A stretch of DNA of 64,000 nt. It comes from Ignisphaera sp. (lineage in GTDB: Archaea > Thermoproteota > Thermoprotei_A > Sulfolobales > Ignisphaeraceae). Location of the stretch: contig JAWAHS010000001.1 in assembly GCA_038889075.1 (NCBI GenBank), forward strand, positions 344,970 through 408,969, given 5' to 3'. Below are positions 49,493 through 59,686 of the stretch, piece by piece. Under the pieces are notes generated by a model that was given only the letters and a program-made list of their open reading frames with translations, was not told the origin of the DNA and did no database searches. Every line of letters begins with the position of its first letter. Positions within the stretch are counted from its first letter, which is position 1. Position numbers and translations under genes: made by a program.

Positions 49493-49918
49493 ATGGGTGC
49501 TAAGAGAGCTAAAACAGGTGCAGCGTTTCCGAGAAGGAGGAGAGTTTCTGGTATAATTAATGGGACTAGACTTGTTGTTGCCGATAATAGTGGAGCTAAA
49601 GAGGTTATGGTTGTTGGAAGTATGGATATAAAGACCAGACTTAGAAGAATACCGTTTGCTACTGTAGGTGATATGGTTATAGTCACGGTTAAGAAGGGAC
49701 CACCAGACATGAGAGGACAGATAATGCATGCGATAATAGTAAGACAGAAAAAACCGTTTAGAAGACCTGATGGAACATGGATTGCTTTTGAAGACAATGC
49801 ATGTGTCCTTGTAACTCCTGAGGGAATGCCCAAGGGTAAGGAAGTTAGAGGACCTGTAGCAAGAGAAGCTGTTGAAAGGTGGACCCAGATAGCAAACCTT
49901 GTATCTATGGTTATCTAA
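49493..49918 (+). CDS. rpl14: 50S ribosomal protein L14 (uL14)
   Basis: ADNSGAK, FEDNA, GPVARE. Confidence 0.97.
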   Translation: MGAKRAKTGAAFPRRRRVSGIINGTRLVVADNSGAKEVMVVGSMDIKTRLRRIPFATVGDMVIVTVKKGPPDMRGQIMHAIIVRQKKPFRRPDGTWIAFEDNACVLVTPEGMPKGKEVRGPVAREAVERWTQIANLVSMVI

Positions 49919-49937
49919 AGCGATAGGTGCCATCAGC

Positions 49938-50378
49938 ATGGAGTTGAATACTGCACAACCAAGAAAGCAGAGAAAGATATTATTTAATCTACCACTGCAC
50001 CTAAGATGGCATCTCATTGCAGCACCTTTGTCTCCTAGCCTTAGGGAAGAGCTTGGAATCAGAAGACTATATGTGAGAAAAAATGATACCGTAAAAGTCG
50101 TCCGGGGAGATTGGAAAGGCCATGAAGGTAAGGTTATGAAGATTGATCTGAAAAGGGCTAGGATATTTATTGAAGGCGTTACACTAAAGAAAGCTGATGG
50201 CAGTGAAGTTTTCTATCCTATACATCCATCTAAAGTAATGATAGTGAAACTCGGTGACATCGATGATGTTAGAAGGAAGATCATTGAAAGGAGACAGAGC
50301 GCTCGTAACGAACTTGTTAAAAGTGGTAAAGCCAAGCCGTTGAGTAACGACCAAAAGAGTATGGTATCGAGTAAATAG
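49938..50378 (+). CDS. rpl24: 50S ribosomal protein L24 (uL24)
   Basis: QPRKQRK, KOW motif, IHPSKV. Confidence 0.96.
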   Translation: MELNTAQPRKQRKILFNLPLHLRWHLIAAPLSPSLREELGIRRLYVRKNDTVKVVRGDWKGHEGKVMKIDLKRARIFIEGVTLKKADGSEVFYPIHPSKVMIVKLGDIDDVRRKIIERRQSARNELVKSGKAKPLSNDQKSMVSSK

Positions 50379-50400
50379 ATGCTTGTTTTGGTGCATGACA

Positions 50401-51162
50401 GTGGCCAAAATGGGTAGTTCACGTCACCTAAAACGTTTGGTAGCACCAGCCTTTTGGTATATTTTGAGAAAAGAGTACAAATGGGTAGTAAAGCCATCCC
50501 CAGGGCCACATCCTATAAATAGATGTGTACCATTGTTACTACTCATCAGAGATATGATTGGCATTGCAAAAAATGCTAGGGAAGCTAAGAGAATTATCTA
50601 TGATGGAAAAGTATTCGTGGATAACCGTGTGGTAAGAGACTACAAATTTCCAGTTGGACTCATGGATGTAGTATCCATACCTGAGATAGATCTATACCTA
50701 AGGATAGTGCCCTATGTTGGTAGACATCTATGGTACATAAATATACCTACTGAGGAGGCTAAACTAAAACTAGTAAGAATAGAAAATAAAACGACAGTGA
50801 AAAACGGTAATATCCAGTTAAATTTACACGATGGAAGAAATGTACTGATAACAGTTAAAGATCCCAAGAATCCTGTAGAGGCCTCCTCATTTAAAACGCT
50901 AGACACACTACTAATAGAATTACCATCACAGAGTATTGTGCAGCACATACCATTGGGTATAGGTAAGCTGGTTATAGTTATTGATGGAAAGAATGTTGGT
51001 CGTATTGGAAAGGTAATAGATATCGAAGGTTACGAAGGTAGAAAGAGAAGACATTCTCTTGTAACAATTGAAGATTTGAATGGACATAGATTCCAGACAA
51101 TTTTGAACTATATTATGGCAGTTGGCGAGGATAGACCCATTATGAAGGTGTACGAAGGGTGA
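50401..51162 (+). CDS. rps4e: 30S ribosomal protein S4e
   Basis: HLKRLVAP, PSPGPH, PVGLMDV, LHDGRN. Confidence 0.97.
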   Translation: MAKMGSSRHLKRLVAPAFWYILRKEYKWVVKPSPGPHPINRCVPLLLLIRDMIGIAKNAREAKRIIYDGKVFVDNRVVRDYKFPVGLMDVVSIPEIDLYLRIVPYVGRHLWYINIPTEEAKLKLVRIENKTTVKNGNIQLNLHDGRNVLITVKDPKNPVEASSFKTLDTLLIELPSQSIVQHIPLGIGKLVIVIDGKNVGRIGKVIDIEGYEGRKRRHSLVTIEDLNGHRFQTILNYIMAVGEDRPIMKVYEG

Positions 51163-51803
51163 AAACAATGGCTGTAGAGGTTGCCATATACAACAACTCT
51201 ATCTTACCTAAAGTCATACCGGAGAAATTCGATAGCTCAATTCTAGAGCAGAGCAGTGTAAATAGAATTCTAAGCTTATGGAAAAGTAATCCGATGCTGG
51301 TACCTAGAGTGGCGAAGGTTGTTATCAACATTTCTGTTGGCGGTAGTAGTGAAAGACTGGAAAAAGCGGTAAAGCTCCTAAATCAGCTAACAGGTTTGAA
51401 CCCCTCTATAAGACGTGCCAAGAAAACTATAAGAGAATTTGGCATAAGTAGAAGACAGCCGATAGCTGCGGTTGTTACACTAAAAGGTAACACTGCATAC
51501 GAATTTCTGAAAAAAGCTCTATCAGCTGTTAACAATATTCTTAAGGAGGAATCGTTTGATAACCATGGTAACATATCATTTGGTATAAAAGAGCATCTTC
51601 TGCTACCAGGCGTAAGGTACGATCCCGACATAGGTATATTTGGCATGGATGTTGCCATAACAATGGAGAGGCCCGGATATAGAGTTATAAGGCGTAGAAG
51701 ATGTAGAGCAAAGAGTATTCCTAGAAGACATAGGGTTACAAGGGATGAAAGTATGCTACTCATGGAGATCTTATTTGGAGTAAGAATTTCACGTAGGAGG
51801 TGA
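51159..51803 (+). CDS. rpl5: 50S ribosomal protein L5 (uL5)
   Basis: NPM, KVVINI, GNISFGIKEH, GIFGMD. Confidence 0.96.
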   Translation: MKTMAVEVAIYNNSILPKVIPEKFDSSILEQSSVNRILSLWKSNPMLVPRVAKVVINISVGGSSERLEKAVKLLNQLTGLNPSIRRAKKTIREFGISRRQPIAAVVTLKGNTAYEFLKKALSAVNNILKEESFDNHGNISFGIKEHLLLPGVRYDPDIGIFGMDVAITMERPGYRVIRRRRCRAKSIPRRHRVTRDESMLLMEILFGVRISRRR

Positions 51804-51810
51804 TGATCGA

Positions 51811-51975
51811 ATGACTAAATTTAGATCCCCAGCAGAGAGGAAGTATGGAAGGGGAGCGCAAGCTTGTAGAAGGTGTGGAAACAGAGATGCTGTAATTCAG
51901 AAATACGGTATCTATCTATGTAGACAGTGTTTTAGAGAGGTGGCTATGATTATAGGATTTAGAAAGTTTAGCTGA
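51811..51975 (+). CDS. rps14: 30S ribosomal protein S14 (uS14)
   Basis: Manual translation (below ORF-track cutoff): MTKFRSPAERKYGRGAQACRRCG...LCRQCFRE...GFRKFS. Confidence 0.96.
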   Translation: MTKFRSPAERKYGRGAQACRRCGNRDAVIQKYGIYLCRQCFREVAMIIGFRKFS

Positions 51976-51985
51976 GTGGTAAACC

Positions 51986-52387
51986 ATGGTCATGCTTGAT
52001 ACGCTTTCCAATGCCTTGACTGCGATAACCAATGCTGAGATGAGAAGGAGGAATGAGGTAGTAATATGGCCGGCATCGAAGCTCATAATACGCGTGCTAA
52101 GAGTGATGCAAAAGCATGGCTATATAGGGGAATTTGAATATGTTGATGATGGAAGATGGGGTAAGATAGTGGTCCAGCTTCTTGGTAGAATAAATAGGGC
52201 TGGTGCAATAAAGCCTAGATGGTCTATTACATATAGGGAACTTCTAGCTCTTCCATATAGGATTCGAAGATACCTGCCATCAAGGGATATAGGTATACTA
52301 ATAATTTCAACATCGCAAGGTGTTATATCACATAAAGAAGCAATAGAAATGAAAGTTGGAGGGATACTATTAGCATATGTCTACTAG
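51986..52387 (+). CDS. rps8: 30S ribosomal protein S8 (uS8)
   Basis: [29 protein letters not shown]. Confidence 0.97.
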   Translation: MVMLDTLSNALTAITNAEMRRRNEVVIWPASKLIIRVLRVMQKHGYIGEFEYVDDGRWGKIVVQLLGRINRAGAIKPRWSITYRELLALPYRIRRYLPSRDIGILIISTSQGVISHKEAIEMKVGGILLAYVY

Positions 52388-52405
52388 AAATGTGGTGGAA
52401 TATCC

Positions 52406-52954
52406 ATGGCAAAAACAGTCCACATTCGTGAAGAGATACCGATACCCGATGGCATAGATGTAAGCATCAACAAATTCAGTATTAGTGTAAAGGGACCTAA
52501 GGGTGAGATTCAGAAAGATTTCAGTTATGTAAAGGGCATCCAAATAAAATTGGAAGATGGTAAAATTGTGCTGGAAACCTTCTTTGCTGATAGGGAAAGG
52601 AAAGCTCAGCTATATTCTGTAATAGCCCATATAAGAAATATGTTTACAGGTGTTACTAAGGGTTGGAGATATAAGTTAAAGATAGTGTCTTCGCACTTCC
52701 CAGTTACCGCAAGAGTTTCCGGTAATGAAGTTTTGATCGATAACTTCCTAGGTGAAAGAGCTCCAAGGAAGGCAAAGATTTTGAGCGGAGTCTCGGTAAA
52801 AGTTGATGGCAAAGATATAATTATTGAAGGTGCAGATTTAGAGGCAGTGGCCCAGACTGCTGCAAATATAGAACTAGCAACTAGAGTAAAAGATAAAGAT
52901 AGAAGGGTATTCGTAGATGGCATCTATATATATGAGAGAGGTGTTGCTGAATGA
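52406..52954 (+). CDS. rpl6: 50S ribosomal protein L6 (uL6)
   Basis: VKGPKG, NFLGE, DRRVFVDGIY. Confidence 0.97.
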   Translation: MAKTVHIREEIPIPDGIDVSINKFSISVKGPKGEIQKDFSYVKGIQIKLEDGKIVLETFFADRERKAQLYSVIAHIRNMFTGVTKGWRYKLKIVSSHFPVTARVSGNEVLIDNFLGERAPRKAKILSGVSVKVDGKDIIIEGADLEAVAQTAANIELATRVKDKDRRVFVDGIYIYERGVAE

Positions 52955-53385
52955 GTCAGGAGCTCCTAGAATTGATAACCAGAAGAAAGGAAGTGCTGAA
53001 GCAGAAGGAGCATGCCAGAAGAATTACGGTGATTAGGAGGAAATATGCTAATAAAAAACCCACATTTCTAAGATGGCTCTGGTGGAAGTTTTCGAAATTT
53101 GAAAATAGATTGAAATGGAAGAGACCTAGAGGTAAGGATAATCCGGGGAGACTTCGCTTGAAAGGCTATCCACCTATGGCTAGTGCAGGCTACGGAACTA
53201 GAAGTGATCTTAGATCGCTTCATCCATCTGGATTAAAACCAGCTGTTATTCATAACGTAAAAGAGCTTGAATTGCTAAACCCATCAAAGCACATACTCTA
53301 TATATCATCATCACTAGGCTTAAAGAAAAAGCTTGAATTGATTGAAAAGGCAAAAGCGAAAGGTTTTAGAATAGCCAACTTGTAG
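52951..53385 (+). CDS. rpl32e: 50S ribosomal protein L32e
   Basis: KPTFLR, WKRPRG.DN, LHPSG. Confidence 0.95.
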   Translation: MSQELLELITRRKEVLKQKEHARRITVIRRKYANKKPTFLRWLWWKFSKFENRLKWKRPRGKDNPGRLRLKGYPPMASAGYGTRSDLRSLHPSGLKPAVIHNVKELELLNPSKHILYISSSLGLKKKLELIEKAKAKGFRIANL

Positions 53386-53395
53386 GTGATTTTGC

Positions 53396-53854
53396 ATGGA
53401 TCTAAGTTATCAAAGAAAAATCGCCGCTAAAATGCTTGGTGTTGGCGAATCCAGAATAAAATTCGATAGCAGTCAAATAGATAGAATATCAAGTGCTGTA
53501 ACCAGGGAGGAGATTAGGAAGCTTATTAATGACGGTGTAATATATGCTGAATACGCTAAGGGAAATAGCCGAGGCAGATGGAGAGAATTTCATAATTCTA
53601 GAAAGAAAGGAAGACATAGAGGTCAGGGTAAAAGGAAGGGTGCCAAGGAAGCTAGAAGGGACCTAGAAAGAATGTGGGTTTATAGAGTTAGAAAACTGAG
53701 ACTGTATCTCAAATGGTTGAGAGACCATAACACAATAGATAGTAGAACCTATAGATTACTATACCGTAAGGTTAAGGGTGGAGTTTTTGATAGTCTCACG
53801 TCACTTAAAAGGTACATGAAAGATCACGGTATTCTGTCTCAAGATGTTAGGTGA
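53396..53854 (+). CDS. rpl19e: 50S ribosomal protein L19e
   Basis: [25 protein letters not shown]. Confidence 0.96.
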   Translation: MDLSYQRKIAAKMLGVGESRIKFDSSQIDRISSAVTREEIRKLINDGVIYAEYAKGNSRGRWREFHNSRKKGRHRGQGKRKGAKEARRDLERMWVYRVRKLRLYLKWLRDHNTIDSRTYRLLYRKVKGGVFDSLTSLKRYMKDHGILSQDVR

Positions 53855-53861
53855 GCGATTC

Positions 53862-54512
53862 ATGGCACAAGGAGCCAGCTATAAAGTTCCTAAGAGAAGA
53901 CGTAGAGAGGGGAAGACAAACTATTACAAGAGGTATGCCATGGTTAAAAGTAGGCAGATGAGAGTTGTCGTAAGAAAGACCAACAGATACATCTATGTCC
54001 AATTTGTATATCCAACGCCCATAGGTGACTATACAATAGCTGCTGCCCATAGTAGAGAACTTGTTAAGCTATTTAATTGGATGGGTGGAACAGAAAATAC
54101 TCCTGCTGCATATCTAACTGGGTTGCTAGCCGGTCTCAGAGCAAGGAAACTTGGCATAGAAAAGGCCATCCCAGATATCGGTTTACATAGACCTGTTAAA
54201 GGAGCTAAGATATTTGCCGCTATAAAAGGTGTTATCGATGCAGGTATCAATGTACCCTGCTCTAAAGATATCCTGCCATCAGATGATAGGATTCGGGGAA
54301 ATGCTATAGCCGAGTATGCTAAAAAACTAGGTGAGGGTAACCCAGAGCTATTTGAAAAACAGTTTTCAAAATTATTGAAAAACGGCTTTGATCCAAGAAA
54401 TATTGTTGAGCATTTTGAACGAGTACGAAACCTTATTATTAGAATCTATGAGAGTATTCCTGAAAACAGCGATTCAGCCAAGATAATTTCATCGCTTATT
54501 AAAGGTGAATAA
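53862..54512 (+). CDS. rpl18: 50S ribosomal protein L18 (uL18)
   Basis: [26 protein letters not shown]. Confidence 0.96.
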   Translation: MAQGASYKVPKRRRREGKTNYYKRYAMVKSRQMRVVVRKTNRYIYVQFVYPTPIGDYTIAAAHSRELVKLFNWMGGTENTPAAYLTGLLAGLRARKLGIEKAIPDIGLHRPVKGAKIFAAIKGVIDAGINVPCSKDILPSDDRIRGNAIAEYAKKLGEGNPELFEKQFSKLLKNGFDPRNIVEHFERVRNLIIRIYESIPENSDSAKIISSLIKGE

Positions 54513-54517
54513 CCTGT

Positions 54518-55153
54518 ATGAGCACAGCAATAGAAGAATGGACTCCTAAGACTAAAGTTGGTTGGTTAGTCAAGGAAGGAAAAATCACATCGATAGACCA
54601 GATATTCTCGATGAATGCTGTGATAATGGAGCCTGAGATTGTTGACATTCTACTCCCAGGATTAAAACAGGAAGTACTAGATGTTGTTTTAGTTCAGAAG
54701 ATGACCGATGCCGGTAGAATATCAAGATTTAGAGTAATTATTGCCCTCGGAAATGAGAATGGTTACCTGGGTCTGGGTATAGGTAAAGCCAGACAGCTAA
54801 GAACCGCAATAGAAAAAGCTACAATAGATGCAAAACTGAATATAATTCCTGTTAGAAGGGGGTGTGGCAGCTGGGAGTGCAACTGCAAGGATCCACATTC
54901 AATACCATTTAGAGTTGCTGGAAAATCTGGTAGCGTTGAGATAGAACTTATACCAGCACCCCTTGGCGTAGGTCTTGTGGCAGGGGATATAGCAAAGACT
55001 ATACTAAGATTAGCAGGTATTAGAGATATCTGGGTCTTTACAAAAGGTGAAACTAGAACCACACTAAACTTTGCAAAGGCTACCTATAATGCTCTTAAAA
55101 ATACCAATATTGTTGTCACACCAATTGACTGGGGTAAGAAGGCATGGGAGTAG
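54518..55153 (+). CDS. rps5: 30S ribosomal protein S5 (uS5)
   Basis: [24 protein letters not shown]. Confidence 0.97.
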   Translation: MSTAIEEWTPKTKVGWLVKEGKITSIDQIFSMNAVIMEPEIVDILLPGLKQEVLDVVLVQKMTDAGRISRFRVIIALGNENGYLGLGIGKARQLRTAIEKATIDAKLNIIPVRRGCGSWECNCKDPHSIPFRVAGKSGSVEIELIPAPLGVGLVAGDIAKTILRLAGIRDIWVFTKGETRTTLNFAKATYNALKNTNIVVTPIDWGKKAWE

Positions 55154-55647
55154 AAGAGCATACAAAGAAGCCCACACTCGTCGCTATTATAAGAGTTAGG
55201 GGACAGGTTGGAGTACCATACGATGTAGAGCATTCGTTAAAGCTCCTAAGATTATCAAAGAAGTACCACTGTGTAGTATATCCCATAACAAAATCCCTAC
55301 AAGGCATTCTTAATAGAATTAAGGACTGGGTTACATGGGGTGAAATAGATCTAGATACCCTCACAACCTTATTAAGAAAGCGTGGTAGAATAAAAGGTGG
55401 GGAACCATTAACTGATGAGTTTATTAAAAGAAGCTTTAATATTGAAAATATCGAGGAGTTTGCTAAGGCTGTATATGAAGGGCAATTGAAACTCCATAAA
55501 CTTACGGAATTTGGAGTAAAGCCTGTATTCAGACTTCATCCGCCAAAGGGAGGCTTTAAAGGAAGTATAAAGAAGCCTTATAAAGATGGTGGTGAAGTTG
55601 GTTATAGAGGAAGCAAAATTAATGAACTACTTAAGAGGATGATATGA
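55144..55647 (+). CDS. rpl30: 50S ribosomal protein L30 (uL30)
   Basis: [27 protein letters not shown]. Confidence 0.96.
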   Translation: MGVEEHTKKPTLVAIIRVRGQVGVPYDVEHSLKLLRLSKKYHCVVYPITKSLQGILNRIKDWVTWGEIDLDTLTTLLRKRGRIKGGEPLTDEFIKRSFNIENIEEFAKAVYEGQLKLHKLTEFGVKPVFRLHPPKGGFKGSIKKPYKDGGEVGYRGSKINELLKRMI

Positions 55648-55648
55648 A

Positions 55649-56110
55649 ATGGTTGTTCGTAGAGAAAAGAAGAGTAGAAAGATGCATGGCTATAGAAATA
55701 GAGGCTGGGGAAGTATAGGACAGCACAGAAAATCCGGTTCGAGAGGTGGAAGGGGTGCCGCTGGAATGCACAAGCACAAATGGTCCTGGATAGTAAAGAA
55801 TTACAGGGACTGGTTTGGAAGGAAGGGGTTCATACCTAGAAGCCCAAGTTCCACACCGAAAGCAAGTGAAATTAATATAGGACAGATTGAGGAGATTGTA
55901 AATAAAATGCTCGAGGCTGGTACAGCAACAATGGAGAATAACAAAATTGTGGTAGATCTAAGTAAGATGGGAATAAATAAGCTGATGGGATATGGCGAGA
56001 TAGCGCATCCCGTAAAAGTAATTGTATGGAGTGCTAGTAAAAAGGCTATAGAAAAGATAGAAAAAATAGGTGGAGAGGTTATTATATTAAGACAGCAGAG
56101 TTCAGCATGA
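55649..56110 (+). CDS. rpl15: 50S ribosomal protein L15 (uL15)
   Basis: GQHRKSGSRGGRG.AG.HKH, S..AIEKIEKIGG. Confidence 0.96.
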   Translation: MVVRREKKSRKMHGYRNRGWGSIGQHRKSGSRGGRGAAGMHKHKWSWIVKNYRDWFGRKGFIPRSPSSTPKASEINIGQIEEIVNKMLEAGTATMENNKIVVDLSKMGINKLMGYGEIAHPVKVIVWSASKKAIEKIEKIGGEVIILRQQSSA

Positions 56111-56420
56111 ATTCTCTGGGTCTATAGATAGTTTGTTGCAGAAAACATGTTTTTGATGCTACAATAAGGTTTTGCATCCTAACGAATATGTGTATTAATC
56201 GTTGTAGTTATTATTTCTATCCATAGATAGACAGTATACTACATAAAAAGTTGCAGACTGTGCTTAATGTTTCAGTAGTATAGCCGATCTGAACAAGAAT
56301 AGATGTTCTTGAAAAGAATTGCTGGGTACCGGTACCGATAACGTGGGTAAACATATGTCCATATTTTAGTAACAATTATAAGCGTGGCTCAAACTTCTCT
56401 CTCGTGTAGGTGTTTTAATA

Positions 56421-57812
56421 TTGAGTACTATCATTAGGGTATTGGCTAGAATTGGAATTGTAATGCCGTCGGCACCGAGACCTGCTAAAAGACCTAGTTT
56501 AGGAAAGAGGTTATTGTATACTGGTTTAGTAGCTGTAGCATTTATGTTGCTAGGCTCCACACCTCTATATGGAATTGAGAGAGCTGGAACTCTTCCATTT
56601 TCACCGGTAGTATCAATAGTGCTTGCAATGGCCGCCGGCACACTGGCACAACTTGGAATTGGTCCCATAGTTACATCTAGTCTGATTCTTCAGATACTTG
56701 TTGGTGCTAAGATCCTTGACTTAGATCTAAGCGATCCGGAAGCACGAAAGGATTTTACTGCAGCATCTAAAGGTCTAGGACTAATTCTAGCCGTTGTCGA
56801 AGCTGCAGGCTTTGTATTTAGTGGTCTCTACTGGAACTATCCTGCAGGTGTTAGTATATGGATTAAGCTACTGGTATTTGCTCAGCTGTTATGGGGTGCA
56901 ATAGTGATTGTTATGCTTGATGAGGCTGTACAGAAGGGATGGGGACTTGGTAGTGGTGTAAGTCTATTTATATTAATCGGTGTTGCACAAAGATTCTTTA
57001 GCGAGCTTTTTACACCAAGTGTTATACAGACCTCAAGTCTGCAGAATGGAGGGGAGATATACGGTTTAATTCCATACATAGTTGCATCACTAAGAGATGG
57101 AACATTCAATATCTATCATACACTAATTGGAAGGCTTGCCATTGGGTACCCAACTCTCATAGGTTTCATAACATCTATCGTGCTTATAGCAATCTTAACA
57201 TACCTCAATGCAGCTCACATCAATGTCCCTATAGCCATGAGTAGATATGGTGGAATAAAGTCGAGAGTTCCTCTTCAGCTACTATATGTTACCAACATAC
57301 CTGTCCTCCTTACTGGAATACTTATTTCAGACATAATCCTTATTCTAACACTACTACGCAATTTCCTAGGAATAGGGCTTGTTGACAGCATTAGACCTTA
57401 TCTCTCAGCACCTTCACTCTACGGCTTTATGTACAGTACTATACCATCCATAGTATATTCAATAGTATTCCTTGCAATGTGTATACTGTTTGGATTACTG
57501 TGGATAGAGATTGCCGGTCTCAATCCCGAGGCTCAAGCTGACAACCTAATTAAAGCAGGGCTAGATATACCAGGCATGAGAAGAAATCCCAGGGTGTTAT
57601 CATCCTACCTTTCGAGATATATATATCCATTGACTATATTCAGCTCTATAGTGGTTGCTGTAATAGCTCTTGTAGGCGATATATTAGGTAGCTATGGTAC
57701 AGGCACAGGACTACTGCTAGCCGTCGGTATAGTCTACAACTACTACCAGATACTAGCATATGAAAGAACTCTAGAAATGTATCCACTATTGAGGAGAGTT
57801 ATTGGTGAATGA
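56421..57812 (+). CDS. secY: Preprotein translocase subunit SecY
   Basis: LGIGPIVTS, GLGSGVSLFI, YVTNIP, IPGMRR, GTGLLLAV. Confidence 0.97.
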   Translation: MSTIIRVLARIGIVMPSAPRPAKRPSLGKRLLYTGLVAVAFMLLGSTPLYGIERAGTLPFSPVVSIVLAMAAGTLAQLGIGPIVTSSLILQILVGAKILDLDLSDPEARKDFTAASKGLGLILAVVEAAGFVFSGLYWNYPAGVSIWIKLLVFAQLLWGAIVIVMLDEAVQKGWGLGSGVSLFILIGVAQRFFSELFTPSVIQTSSLQNGGEIYGLIPYIVASLRDGTFNIYHTLIGRLAIGYPTLIGFITSIVLIAILTYLNAAHINVPIAMSRYGGIKSRVPLQLLYVTNIPVLLTGILISDIILILTLLRNFLGIGLVDSIRPYLSAPSLYGFMYSTIPSIVYSIVFLAMCILFGLLWIEIAGLNPEAQADNLIKAGLDIPGMRRNPRVLSSYLSRYIYPLTIFSSIVVAVIALVGDILGSYGTGTGLLLAVGIVYNYYQILAYERTLEMYPLLRRVIGE

Positions 57813-58288
57813 ATTTAATGCCTAGTGCTACGGTATTGCTTGCTATATCCATTAGCTTTGCTATAAATGCTGTAGCCTTCTATGGAATAACAAAGATCAT
57901 AGCCAGATATAAGCAGGTGGAGGAGAGCGCTAAGATCGATAGGATAGTGAGAAAGGCTCATATAAGCAGAAAGAAAATGAGTATAGCAACATCGCAAGTT
58001 AAGAGAATTAGGGGTAGGATATTTAGACTAAGCATGTTTCAATTCCTAGTACCATTCACGGCATATATGGGAGCTATATCCATATATATACTACTCTCCT
58101 ATAAAATCTTTGGCATCTTTGTAGAGTATATTGATATATACGACCTCTGCTTAGCACCAGTACCACTCGAGATCCCCATTGATGGAATGTGCAAAGCGCC
58201 TGTTATGTGGCTACACTTTCTTGTATTCCTATTATTCCTCCCCCTTTACGACTACTATGCGAGAAGAGAGCTTAGAGCAGTATCATAG
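57809..58288 (+). CDS. Membrane protein, possibly DUF106/EMC3 (Oxa1 superfamily)-like
   Basis: TM - basic helical segment - TM - TM topology at the usual locus between secY and rpl34e. Confidence 0.55.
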   Translation: MNLMPSATVLLAISISFAINAVAFYGITKIIARYKQVEESAKIDRIVRKAHISRKKMSIATSQVKRIRGRIFRLSMFQFLVPFTAYMGAISIYILLSYKIFGIFVEYIDIYDLCLAPVPLEIPIDGMCKAPVMWLHFLVFLLFLPLYDYYARRELRAVS

Positions 58289-58407
58289 ACTTCATTTAAG
58301 TAATGTTGGGACAGCATATAAATGCAGCCATAGTATTTTTTACCATAAAAACCAATAAAGCCCAGCCTTGAGACTACTAGTTAGACCTCCTAATAGAGGG
58401 TAAGACT

Positions 58408-58677
58408 ATGGTTCGACCTCAACTGAGGTCAAGATCGTACAAGAGAATTCCAAGGAGAACTCCGAGTGGTAGAACTGTTGTACACTATGAAAGAGGTAAG
58501 AATACTCCAATGAGATGTGCAAAATGCGGTGGTATACTAAACGGTGTTCCAATAAAAGAATCTGAAAGAAGACGCCTGCCGAAGGCTATGAAGAGACCTG
58601 AGAGAATGTTTGGCGGAACACTATGTATAAGGTGTTTACGTGAAATTTTGAAGGAGGTGGTGAGGTCTACTGGATAG
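58408..58677 (+). CDS. rpl34e: 50S ribosomal protein L34e
   Basis: RTPSGR, CAKC, RPERMFGG.LC..C. Confidence 0.96.
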   Translation: MVRPQLRSRSYKRIPRRTPSGRTVVHYERGKNTPMRCAKCGGILNGVPIKESERRRLPKAMKRPERMFGGTLCIRCLREILKEVVRSTG

Positions 58678-59218
58678 AAATAAGCTTGTAATAGCTATTG
58701 GAGGTCCGCCCGGTAGTGGAAAGACAACTATAGCTAAGATGCTTGCAGAAAGGCTTAATTTACGCCATATCTCTATAGGCATGCTATTTAGAGATATAGC
58801 TGTAAAGAGAGGTATGTCGCTGCTTGAACTCAGCAAGCTTGCAGAACAGGACCCCTCTATCGACTACGAATTAGATTCACTAGCTAAGAAGGAGGCTGAA
58901 AACGGTGGCGTTGTAATAGATGGGCATGCAGCACCATGGCTTTTAAAAGGCTTAGCTCACCTAAGAATAGCAGTTATTGCCAGTAGAGACACCAGGGTTC
59001 AAAGATTGGCTGAACGTGATGGAAAATCCGTAGATGAAGTACGTCATGAAACCCTGTTAAGGGAGCGTATGGAAAGAGAGAGATTTTTGAGAATATATGG
59101 AATAGATATTTCGGATTATACGGATTTCGATCTTGTTATAAATAGCGAAAGGTTTTCCCCAATTGAAATCATAGAGATAGTGTTACAGGCTGTAAAAATA
59201 GTTATGGAAAAACATTGA
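58670..59218 (+). CDS. cmk: Cytidylate kinase (probable CTG start)
   Basis: P-loop IAIGGPPGSGKTT lies upstream of the first ATG; FRDIA, R...YGID. Confidence 0.92.
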   Translation: MDRNKLVIAIGGPPGSGKTTIAKMLAERLNLRHISIGMLFRDIAVKRGMSLLELSKLAEQDPSIDYELDSLAKKEAENGGVVIDGHAAPWLLKGLAHLRIAVIASRDTRVQRLAERDGKSVDEVRHETLLRERMERERFLRIYGIDISDYTDFDLVINSERFSPIEIIEIVLQAVKIVMEKH

Positions 59219-59322
59219 ATGGCGATAGGTAGTATGCGATGCTATGCCTAGCACCTACCACTATAAAAGCCTATAAACCTAGGCTACGTATTCTTAGAAT
59301 GCAAACTTATGGTGGTAATTAA

Positions 59323-59625
59323 ATGCCTGCAATTGAAATTGGTAGAATATGTGTGAAGATCTCTGGACGTGAAGCTGGTAGAAAGTGCGTTATAGTGGAT
59401 ATTATTGATGAAAATTATGTATTGATAACCGGACCCAAGAATCTAACAGGTGTCAAGAGAAGGAGATGCAATATAAACCATATCGAAGTTTTAGATAAGA
59501 AGATAGATGTTGCTAAAGGTGCATCAGATGAGGAAGTAGTAAAATCGCTGGAAGCTGCAGGACTTACGGATTTCATGAAGGAGCGTGTGAAGATTAGACT
59601 TACACCAATGCTATTGAAGAGATAG
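59323..59625 (+). CDS. rpl14e: 50S ribosomal protein L14e
   Basis: [20 protein letters not shown]. Confidence 0.96.
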   Translation: MPAIEIGRICVKISGREAGRKCVIVDIIDENYVLITGPKNLTGVKRRRCNINHIEVLDKKIDVAKGASDEEVVKSLEAAGLTDFMKERVKIRLTPMLLKR

Positions 59626-59686
59626 CGTCTTCTTCCACCAATTGTATACTGTTTTAGCTTTTTAAACGATTTTAACCTTTACTAAT

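Noticed and set aside
47454-59625. Numerous 60-180 aa antisense ORFs over ribosomal genes (and similar ones elsewhere in the window)
   Set aside because: Shadow frames of well-identified genes, Ser/Ile/Leu-rich with no motifs
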